Of a DNA stretch of 64,000 bases, positions 25,751-33,040 are shown one piece after another. The stretch comes from Phycisphaerales bacterium (GTDB taxonomy: Bacteria; Planctomycetota; Phycisphaerae; Phycisphaerales; UBA1924): contig JAVJVK010000004.1 of assembly GCA_040221175.1 (NCBI GenBank), positions 416,268 through 480,267 of the forward strand. The letters run 5' to 3'. Position 1 is the first letter of the stretch. The number at the start of each line of letters is the position of its first letter. The position numbers were made by a program, and so were the translations under genes. The notes beneath the pieces are model-generated. The model was not told where the DNA came from, made no database searches, and saw nothing but the letters and a program-made list of their open reading frames with translations.

Positions 25751-26259
25751 GCGCAGTGCTGGAGAAGGCGAACCAACTCGTTGTTGCCATCGACTCCATC
25801 GCGCGCGCCAACGAGGCGCTCGCCGGGCTGGCTGGCGAGCAACGGCGGGCAATCAGCAAGATGCAAACCGACGACGTTGGGCAGATCGCCGAGCGACAGC
25901 GTGCCGTTGGCCGCGAACTGGCCGATGCCGAAGAGGCCCGCCGGCAAGCGGTGACGGACCTGTGCCATGCATTGAAGCTGCCCCAGCGCGCCAGCATGGC
26001 GGACCTTTCGCGCGCGGTCGGAGCGCACGATACAGACGTCGGCCGAGCCTTGCGGGAGACGGCGGATCATGCCCGCCGCGCGATCCTGGACTGCCAGAAG
26101 CACCAGCGCATCGTGCATGCGGCGGCACAGGGCGTGATGGCCCACCTCGATGGATTGGCACGCCAGGTGCTGGCGCACATGAACCGAGCGGGCGTCTACG
26201 CATCAACCGGAACGCTCGCCAGCGGCCAAGCGCCACGGGGGATCGATCTTGTGTCCTGA
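25747..26259 (+). CDS. flgN: FlgN-like flagellar export chaperone (tentative)
   Basis: 170-aa all-helical ORF whose ATG overlaps the preceding stop (ATGA). It lies immediately upstream of flgK-flgL, which is the usual flgN position. Leu/Ala/Glu-rich heptads, e.g. 'LEKANQLVVAIDSIARANEALAGLAGEQRRAI'. The assignment rests on position and composition only. Confidence 0.45.
   Translation: MSAVLEKANQLVVAIDSIARANEALAGLAGEQRRAISKMQTDDVGQIAERQRAVGRELADAEEARRQAVTDLCHALKLPQRASMADLSRAVGAHDTDVGRALRETADHARRAILDCQKHQRIVHAAAQGVMAHLDGLARQVLAHMNRAGVYASTGTLASGQAPRGIDLVS
26156..26171 (+). promoter_or_regulatory. Candidate sigma-54 (-24/-12) promoter inside the flgN-like gene, upstream of flgK
   Basis: TGGCACGCCAGGTGCT. 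The GG and GC dinucleotides are spaced exactly as in TGGCACG-N4-TTGCW. It lies 131 nt upstream of the flgK ATG at 26302 and shares the 11-mer TGGCACGCCAG with the other two sites. Confidence 0.4.
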
Positions 26260-26301
26260 CATGCAACATGCAGCTACCCGCCTGCACGAGGGGGCCACGA
26301 C

Positions 26302-28044
26302 ATGGGCCTGACCTCCGCCCTGCGCATCGGCGCCAGCGCCCTGTCGACCCATCAGCTGGGCGTTCAGGTCACCGGCAACAACATGGCCAACGTGGCCACC
26401 CCGGGTTATGCGCGTCGATCGCTGCTGCTTTCTCCGGTCGAGTCCAATGATCCGTTCCAGCGGCTCCAGGCCGGCAACGGCGTTTCGGCGTCGTCGCTCA
26501 ACCGCGTCATCGATGAGGCCGTGGTGGCCAGGCTGCGCGGTCAGATCGCGCGGGAGCGCGAATCGAATCAAACGCTGCAGACCCTGGCATCGCTCGAGTC
26601 GGCGATCGGAGAGCTCAGCGAAACCGGGCTGACCAGCCAGCTCACCGAGTTCTTCGGCTCGTGGTCCGATCGATCCACGCTGGTCGCCTCCGATGGCGTC
26701 GTCGTGCAGCAGGCCGAGACGCTGGTCAGCAACATCAAGCGGCTTCGGCAAGACCTGGCCGAGCAAAAGCGACTAACCGACGGCCAGCTCGACACCCTCG
26801 TGCCCCGGGTCGATGATCTGCTCAGCGAGGTGGCCGCCATCAACAAGAACATCGCTCGGGCGCGGGTGGGCGGCGGCGACACCTCAACGCTCCAGGACCA
26901 ACGCGACCGCGTGCTCGACGAATTGGCCGGCCTGATCGACATCGACACGGTCGAACGCGAGTCGGGTATCGTCGACGTGTACGTCGGCAGCACGCCCATG
27001 GTGCTGGCCGGGGACAGCCGGGGCATCGAGCTTCGTCGCGAATCGGTCGACGGTATCGAGCAGGTCACGCTGCGAACCCGAGCCGACGGCTCGGCGCTGC
27101 CGGTGCTTTCGGGCCAGGTCGGCGCTCTGATGGACGCGAGGCAGAACGCGGTGGGCGAGACGCTGGAGCAGCTCGATCGCCTCGCAGCCGAACTGATCTT
27201 CCAGACCAATCGGATCCACGCGACGGCGACCGGGCCCGATGGACTGGCCGAAGCGACCAGCCAGCTGCGCACCCCGCCGGAAGACCGGCTCCTGGCCCTC
27301 AACGACGCGGGCAACCCCACCACCGCCGACCTGCCCTTTCAGATCAGCAACGGGTCATTCCTCGTGCACGTGCGCAACCCGGCAACGGGCACGAGCGCAG
27401 CAACGCGCATCGAGGTGGACCTGGATCGGCTTGGTAGCGACGGCGCGGCGGGCACCATCGACGATGCGTCCATGGAATCGATCCGACAAGCGCTCGACCA
27501 GGTAAACGGCCTCGAAGCCAGCTTCACCGCCGACGGCCGACTTCGCGTGACCGGAGAAAACGGCGCCCGGTTCAGTTTCAGCGAGGACAGCAGCGGCCTG
27601 CTGGGCGCCATCGGCATGAACGCGTTCTTCGAGGGCACGGCGGCAGACAACATCGCCGTCCGCGCCGACATCGCCGATGATCCCTCCCGGCTCCAGGTCG
27701 GCCGGATTGGCTCGGACGGCGAGTTCCGGGAGAATGCCGCCGCGCTGGACATGGCCCAGTTGCAGGATCGTGGCTTCGATGCACTGGGCGGCCAGGGGCT
27801 CAATGAGTTCTGGAGCACCGTCGCAGGCGACGTCGGCGCCCAGGTCGACGCGGCTCGGACCAATGCCGAAGCGGCCGCGGTCGTGCGCGAATCGATCGAA
27901 GCCCAGCGAGCGGCCGTGAGCGGCGTAAGCCTGGACGAGGAAGCCATCAACCTGGTGACACATCAGCAGGCCTACCAGGGCGCAGCCCGCTTCATCTCGG
28001 TCGTCGATCAGTTGCAGCAGGAACTGCTGGGGATCTTCCGTTGA
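26302..28044 (+). CDS. flgK: Flagellar hook-associated protein 1 FlgK
   Basis: N-terminal 'LTSALRIGASALSTHQLGVQVTGNNMANVATPGY'. C-terminal 'VSLDEEAINLVTHQQAYQGAARFISVVDQLQQELLGI'. Confidence 0.85.
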   Translation: MGLTSALRIGASALSTHQLGVQVTGNNMANVATPGYARRSLLLSPVESNDPFQRLQAGNGVSASSLNRVIDEAVVARLRGQIARERESNQTLQTLASLESAIGELSETGLTSQLTEFFGSWSDRSTLVASDGVVVQQAETLVSNIKRLRQDLAEQKRLTDGQLDTLVPRVDDLLSEVAAINKNIARARVGGGDTSTLQDQRDRVLDELAGLIDIDTVERESGIVDVYVGSTPMVLAGDSRGIELRRESVDGIEQVTLRTRADGSALPVLSGQVGALMDARQNAVGETLEQLDRLAAELIFQTNRIHATATGPDGLAEATSQLRTPPEDRLLALNDAGNPTTADLPFQISNGSFLVHVRNPATGTSAATRIEVDLDRLGSDGAAGTIDDASMESIRQALDQVNGLEASFTADGRLRVTGENGARFSFSEDSSGLLGAIGMNAFFEGTAADNIAVRADIADDPSRLQVGRIGSDGEFRENAAALDMAQLQDRGFDALGGQGLNEFWSTVAGDVGAQVDAARTNAEAAAVVRESIEAQRAAVSGVSLDEEAINLVTHQQAYQGAARFISVVDQLQQELLGIFR

Positions 28045-28084
28045 TGCGTCGTTGCTGGTTCATCCCGATGATCGGAGGTAGGCC

Positions 28085-30133
28085 ATGAGCTCCATTCCCG
28101 CCGGCCTCTCGAGAGCGCCCACGCTGTTTCTCGCGCAGATGCAGCTCGACCGCATCAATCGCAATAACGTCGACCTGTTCAACGTCCAGCAGCAACTCGC
28201 GACGGGTCGAGAGATCAACCGCGTGAGCGACGACCCCGTGCGGGCCGCGACCATCACTTCAATTAACCAGTCGCTGGACCGCTCCAACCAGTGGCTGCGG
28301 AACTTCCAGACCGCGGGCACGGCCCTGGACCTGCTGGATGGGGCGCTGGACGATGCGCAGAATGCCGGGCTGGAAGCCAAGAGCATCGCACTTGAGTATG
28401 TCAACACCACCTTCAACGCCGAGGATCGCGCCGGCGCCGCCGTCACGGTCCAGGGGCTCCTCGACAAGGTGCTCGAGGTCTCCAATCGCAAGAGCAACGT
28501 GGGCCACATGTTCGGCGGAGACCACCCGGGCAACCAGCCGGTCACCCAGATGCTCGGCGGCTACCGCTTTGGCGCGTCGGGCGACGGACTGAAGATCGAC
28601 CTGGGGCCGGGGATCGACGTGCCCCTGACGCTCGGCCCGGGAAGCCCGCTGGGTGGTACGTCGGCCCGGGTGCGCGGCTTCACCGAGCTCGTGCCACCGG
28701 TCGAGCGCGATACGCCCATCGACGACCTTCGCGGCGCTCGCGGCCTGGGCATTCAACTCGGCACGATCGAATTGGCCATCGGCGGCGAAACTGAGCGCAT
28801 CGACCTGAGCGGTGCGGACGTGGCCGGCGACATCTCCGACGCCATCGAGGCGGGCATCCGCCGCGTGGAGGATCGCACGGGTCGGACGCTGCTGGGCCCG
28901 CAGGGCGTGCGCTTCGAGGCGCGGTCTTTGCGCATCGACTTGTTGGAAGAGGACGCGACCGGACCGGTGCCCGCACTCAGGTTCTCCGAGGTGGCCCAGG
29001 GCAACACGGCGGCCGATCTCGGGCTGGTCGGCGGTGGCGCCTTCACAGCCGCCAGCGGTCAGGGCGAGGACCTGAACCCCCGATTGAGCTGGCTGAGCCC
29101 CATCCCCACCATCGATGACCTTCCGCTGGGCCAGATCCGCATCCGCAATGGCGGACAGAGCGAGATTGTGGACCTGAGCGAGGCCGAGACCATCCAGGAC
29201 ATCCGAGTCGCCGTCGAAGCGACGGGCCTTGGCGTCAGGGTGGAATTAAACGCGAACAACAACACGATCGACCTGGTCAGTGATCTGGCCGTCGCGGTAG
29301 GCAACGGCCTGAGCGTGGAGGAAGTCGCGGGCAACTTCGACACCGCCCAGCGCCTGGGCGTGCGGAGTTTCTCAGCAGATACCGAGGTTTCCAGCCTGAA
29401 CGACGGCCGCGGCGTTCGGATCATCGACGGCCAGGCCGATCCCGAGACGGGCGTCGTCGATCCCGATCGCAATACCGACTTCCGCGTGACCCTGGGCGAT
29501 GGTCGCAGCTTCGACGTTGATCTTCGGCCCGAAGACCTGACCACGATGGCATCGATCACCCAGCGGATCAACGAAGCTGCCGTCAACGCTGGCTTCACGG
29601 TGCCGGGCGAGTTCGAGGCGGGCCTGGTCGAGACCGGTCCGGGTGGCCTGGCGATGCGCCAGGGCCCGGGCATCGCCGGCCCGCTCCAGATCGAGGCGCT
29701 GAACAGCTCGCCTGCCTTGCGTGACCTGGGGCTGGAGGGGGCCACGTACGACCCCGAAGGTTCGGCCATGGTCGGCCGGGACGTAGCGCAGGTTCGGGTG
29801 CGCAATATCTTCAGCGATCTGCTGGATCTGCGCCAGAGCCTGCTGGATGACGACGAAGTTGGCATCACTTTTGCGGGAGAAGCCGTCGAGTCCCGCCTGA
29901 GCGAGATCGCCCAGGTACGGGCCATCGTGGGAGGCAATGCACAACGGGTGCAGGAGGCCCACGAACTGCGGGAGGACATCGTGCTTCTGGACGAGGCAAC
30001 ACGCAGCGGGCTGCAGGACACCGACTTCGCCAGGGCGGCGATCGAACTCAGCCAATTGCAGGTGCAACTCCAGGCGGCACTCCAGGTGACGGCCACGAGC
30101 CGCCAGCAATCACTGCTCGACTTCCTGGGGTGA
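28085..30133 (+). CDS. flgL: Flagellar hook-associated protein 3 FlgL (unusually long, 682 aa)
   Basis: Flagellin-type N-terminal helices 'LAQMQLDRINRNNVDLFNVQQQLATGREINRVSDDPVRAA'. C-terminal 'DTDFARAAIELSQLQVQLQAALQVTATSRQQSLLDFLG'. It sits after flgK. Confidence 0.75.
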   Translation: MSSIPAGLSRAPTLFLAQMQLDRINRNNVDLFNVQQQLATGREINRVSDDPVRAATITSINQSLDRSNQWLRNFQTAGTALDLLDGALDDAQNAGLEAKSIALEYVNTTFNAEDRAGAAVTVQGLLDKVLEVSNRKSNVGHMFGGDHPGNQPVTQMLGGYRFGASGDGLKIDLGPGIDVPLTLGPGSPLGGTSARVRGFTELVPPVERDTPIDDLRGARGLGIQLGTIELAIGGETERIDLSGADVAGDISDAIEAGIRRVEDRTGRTLLGPQGVRFEARSLRIDLLEEDATGPVPALRFSEVAQGNTAADLGLVGGGAFTAASGQGEDLNPRLSWLSPIPTIDDLPLGQIRIRNGGQSEIVDLSEAETIQDIRVAVEATGLGVRVELNANNNTIDLVSDLAVAVGNGLSVEEVAGNFDTAQRLGVRSFSADTEVSSLNDGRGVRIIDGQADPETGVVDPDRNTDFRVTLGDGRSFDVDLRPEDLTTMASITQRINEAAVNAGFTVPGEFEAGLVETGPGGLAMRQGPGIAGPLQIEALNSSPALRDLGLEGATYDPEGSAMVGRDVAQVRVRNIFSDLLDLRQSLLDDDEVGITFAGEAVESRLSEIAQVRAIVGGNAQRVQEAHELREDIVLLDEATRSGLQDTDFARAAIELSQLQVQLQAALQVTATSRQQSLLDFLG

Positions 30134-30216
30134 GTACCCCAGTCATGGATCGGACGATTCGGTAGGAACGACATCGGCACACAACGTGGGCGAAAGCCCG
30201 GCCGGAGGAGTACGGC

Positions 30217-30666
30217 ATGCAAGTCAAGACGACCCGATTCGGCGTGGTGGATATCGCCGACGACAAGGTCATCACGTTTCCCCAGGGCCTCCTGGGCTTC
30301 CCCGATCACAAGCGGTATTGCCTGCTTGAACCCGGAGAAGATGCGTGCTTCTTCTGGCTCCAGTCCGTCGACGAACCCGCCCTGGCGTTCGTGCTGACCG
30401 ACCCGGCGCTGTTCTTCAAGGAGTACGAGGTGCCGATCCGTCCTGAACAGGCCGAGGCCCTGAGCATCGAGAAGATGGACGACGCTCAAGTGTTCGTGAT
30501 CGTCAACAAGGTGGGCGAGGTCCTGACGGCCAATCTGCAGGGCCCACTGCTCATCAACACCCTGAACCTGAGCGGGCAACAACTGGTGCTCGCCGACAAG
30601 CGCTGGTCGACCAGGCACACCATCATGCAGGTGGGCGTCGAACAGGGCAAGGCCGCAACGGCCTGA
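30217..30666 (+). CDS. fliW: Flagellar assembly factor FliW (CsrA antagonist)
   Basis: 'VKTTRFGVVDIADDKVITFPQGLLGFPDHKRYCLLEP...FFWLQSVDEPALAFVLTDP' is the FliW family pattern. It is adjacent to csrA. Confidence 0.85.
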   Translation: MQVKTTRFGVVDIADDKVITFPQGLLGFPDHKRYCLLEPGEDACFFWLQSVDEPALAFVLTDPALFFKEYEVPIRPEQAEALSIEKMDDAQVFVIVNKVGEVLTANLQGPLLINTLNLSGQQLVLADKRWSTRHTIMQVGVEQGKAATA

Positions 30667-30733
30667 CGGCACGTGGCGATGAAGGAACGGAGCCACATCA
30701 ACACCCCCACTGATGGGGGGACGGAGCGCACGG

Positions 30734-31099
30734 ATGCTGGTGCTGTCAAGGCAACGAGACGAGACGATCATGATCGGCGACGCGGTGGAGATCACCATCG
30801 TCGATATCCGTGGCGACAAGGTTCGGCTGGGCATCAACGCCCCGGCCCAGGTCGCCGTTCACCGCAAAGAGGTTTACGAGGCCATCAAGGCCGAGAACAA
30901 GCGAGCCGCCGAGGCGCAGGGCAACGAGTTTGGCGCCCTCAGTTCGGCGGTCAGGCCGGGACGCCGTGCCGGGCTCAGCCCGGCCGGACGCATCGGGCAG
31001 AGCAACGGATCGACGGGTACGCACGGCTCGGATGCCACGCCCCTGTCCCAGCGCCCTGCGCCGACCAAGAACGACACACGGAGGCAGGCTTCCACCTGA
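30734..31099 (+). CDS. csrA: Carbon storage regulator CsrA (with a ~60-aa C-terminal extension)
   Basis: From ATG 30734: '[55 protein letters not shown]', a canonical CsrA core. About 60 further Gly/Ser/Arg/Pro-rich residues follow. Confidence 0.88.
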   Translation: MLVLSRQRDETIMIGDAVEITIVDIRGDKVRLGINAPAQVAVHRKEVYEAIKAENKRAAEAQGNEFGALSSAVRPGRRAGLSPAGRIGQSNGSTGTHGSDATPLSQRPAPTKNDTRRQAST

Positions 31100-31157
31100 C
31101 CGTCCGCACGCCTTGCGGGCCGGTAGCCCACGTCGCATCGACGGATAGTTCCAGCAG

Positions 31158-31175
31158 GCCGCGACGGAGTGCGGC
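31158..31175 (+). promoter_or_regulatory. Possible CsrA binding hairpin (GGA in the loop) in the flagellin-1 leader
   Basis: GCCGC-GACGGAGT-GCGGC: a 5-bp perfect stem presenting GGA in an 8-nt loop. It lies 22 nt upstream of the start codon. Confidence 0.4.
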
Positions 31176-31181
31176 TGTGGC

Positions 31182-31194
31182 TCACGGAGGATCG
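31182..31194 (+). promoter_or_regulatory. Shine-Dalgarno / putative CsrA site of flagellin 1
   Basis: TCACGGAGGATCG ends 2 nt before ATG 31197. An identical 13-mer precedes the second flagellin gene. It contains ACGGAGGA (the A(N)GGA core overlapping the SD). Confidence 0.5.
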
Positions 31195-31196
31195 CG

Positions 31197-32756
31197 ATGA
31201 CTCGCATCAACACCAACGTCCCCAGCATGATCGCCCGATCAAACCTCTCGCGGACCAACCGCGAGCTGGATACCAGGCTCGAGCGACTCTCGACGGGACT
31301 GCGGATCAACCGCGGCGCCGACGACCCCGCTGGGCTGATCATTTCCGAACGGCTCCGCTCCAACATCCGCGGCGCCGAACAGGGCATCAAGAACTCCGAG
31401 CGAGCCTCGGCCGTGATCGCCACGACCGAAGGGTCGCTCACCGAGATCAACGAGTTGCTCAACTCGATCAAGGCCCTTGTGGTCGAAGCGGCCAACACCG
31501 GCGCCTTCTCCGACGAGGAGATCGCCGCCAACCAGGCACAGATCGACTCGGCTATCGATTCGATCACGCGCATCGCCGACACCGCGCGGTTCGGCGATCT
31601 TCGATTGCTGGATGGCTCCCTTGGCTACCAGACCTCGGGCATCGCCACCTCGGCCGTCGCGAAGACCAACGTGCGAGCCGCGAGCTTCTCCCAGGGAGAC
31701 TCGCTGGACGTCAACATCGAAATCCTCAATTCGGCCCAGCAGGGTGGCCTGTACGTCCGTGGAGATCTGCCAACGCCCGGTGCTCCCGGCAACGGCACCA
31801 TCCTCTCCACGGTCATCCTTGAAGTGCGCGGGCCCGACGGCGTCGTGAGCCTCGAGTTCACTTCGGGCCAGAGCTACACCGAGGTCGCCAGCGCCATCAA
31901 CCGCCTGACGCCTTCCACGGGCGTGACCGCCGAGCTGATCAACGGCAATCCCGTCAGCGGCCTGGTCTTCTTCAGTGAGGACTATGGCAGCCGCTCGTTC
32001 GTGTCGGTCGAGCGGCTCCAGCAGCCGCCCTCGGGTGGCGCCTGGCAGACCTACAAGTTCGCCGATGAATTGGCCGTGGGCGACAACGACCCGTTCCCGT
32101 GGGGCAGTGTGGGCTCAGATTTGCAGACCGCCGTGCGAGATCAGGGACGCGACGTCCAGGCGATCATCAATGGCGCCCTGGCAAACGGCGATGGCCTGAA
32201 CGTCACCACCAACAGCACCAGCCTGTCGGTCGACCTCATCCTGACCGAAGCCTTCGCCACCCGTGCCGGCGAGACCTCGACGTTCGACATCACCGGCGGT
32301 GGTTCGCTCTTCCAACTGGGCTCGGAGGTCGTGGCCCAGCAGCAGGTGAACTTTGGCATCAATTCGGTGGCGGCCTCCCGGCTGGGCGGCACCATCGTGG
32401 ATGGGTCGCTCGAGTTCCTCGAGTCGCTCAAGTCGGGCCGGGAGAACAGCCTGGCCAGCAGCAAGGACCGCGGCAACTTCACCGCCGCCAGCCGTATCAC
32501 GGACACGGCCATCGATGAGATCACCATCGTCCGCGGTCGGCTGGGCTCCTTCGAGCGGAACACGCTCCAGACCAACATCCGTTCGCTCTCGCTGGCGGTC
32601 GAGAATCTGACGGCCAGCGAATCGCTGATCCGCGACGCGGACTTCGCCAAGGAAACCAGCTTGCTGACGCGGGCCCAGATCCTGGCGAGCTCGGGGACGA
32701 CGGTCCTTGGACTGGCCAACCAGCAGGCCCAGAACGTGCTCCAGCTGCTCGGCTAG
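31197..32756 (+). CDS. fliC: Flagellin (519 aa)
   Basis: 'MTRINTNVPSMIARSNLSRTNRELDTRLERLSTGLRINRGADDPAGLIISERLR...'. C-terminal 'IRDADFAKETSLLTRAQILASSGTTVLGLANQQAQNVLQLLG'. Confidence 0.88.
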   Translation: MTRINTNVPSMIARSNLSRTNRELDTRLERLSTGLRINRGADDPAGLIISERLRSNIRGAEQGIKNSERASAVIATTEGSLTEINELLNSIKALVVEAANTGAFSDEEIAANQAQIDSAIDSITRIADTARFGDLRLLDGSLGYQTSGIATSAVAKTNVRAASFSQGDSLDVNIEILNSAQQGGLYVRGDLPTPGAPGNGTILSTVILEVRGPDGVVSLEFTSGQSYTEVASAINRLTPSTGVTAELINGNPVSGLVFFSEDYGSRSFVSVERLQQPPSGGAWQTYKFADELAVGDNDPFPWGSVGSDLQTAVRDQGRDVQAIINGALANGDGLNVTTNSTSLSVDLILTEAFATRAGETSTFDITGGGSLFQLGSEVVAQQQVNFGINSVAASRLGGTIVDGSLEFLESLKSGRENSLASSKDRGNFTAASRITDTAIDEITIVRGRLGSFERNTLQTNIRSLSLAVENLTASESLIRDADFAKETSLLTRAQILASSGTTVLGLANQQAQNVLQLLG

Positions 32757-33022
32757 GACCTATAACTTAGCACAAGCCCGCTTCCGAGCGGTTATCAGAC
32801 TCTCATCGCACGCGACATGGCCCGGTTTGCCCCGGGCCGCGTCGCGTTGGGCGGTGATTTTTCGATTTTCGCCAAGACGAACTGAATTGGCGTTTTGGAA
32901 CCGTCGATCCAACCACCAACGCACGGGCCAGCACCTGGTACGGAAGCCAGGGCGGCGGCGTGCGAAGGACGGGGCCGCTGCCCCGAGTGACGCCCGGTGT
33001 CGCAGGTATGCGGGGCACGGGT

Positions 33023-33035
33023 TCACGGAGGATCG
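33023..33035 (+). promoter_or_regulatory. Shine-Dalgarno / putative CsrA site of flagellin 2
   Basis: TCACGGAGGATCG, identical to 31182-31194. It ends 5 nt before ATG 33041. Confidence 0.5.
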
Positions 33036-33040
33036 TCGTC

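Noticed and set aside
30175-30190. Weaker GGCAC-containing strings upstream of fliW (CGGCACACAACGTGGG) and csrA (30667-30682, CGGCACGTGGCGATGA)
   Set aside because: The -24 half is partly present, but the -12 GC is missing or mis-spaced. These are not comparable to the three TGGCACGCCAG sites.
31100-31157. Sigma-28 or shared promoter motif upstream of flagellin 1 (ATCGACGGATAGTTCCAG resembles the reverse complement of a string upstream of flagellin 2)
   Set aside because: The similarity is on opposite strands relative to the two genes, and neither matches TAAA-N15-GCCGATAA. I cannot support a promoter call from sequence alone.
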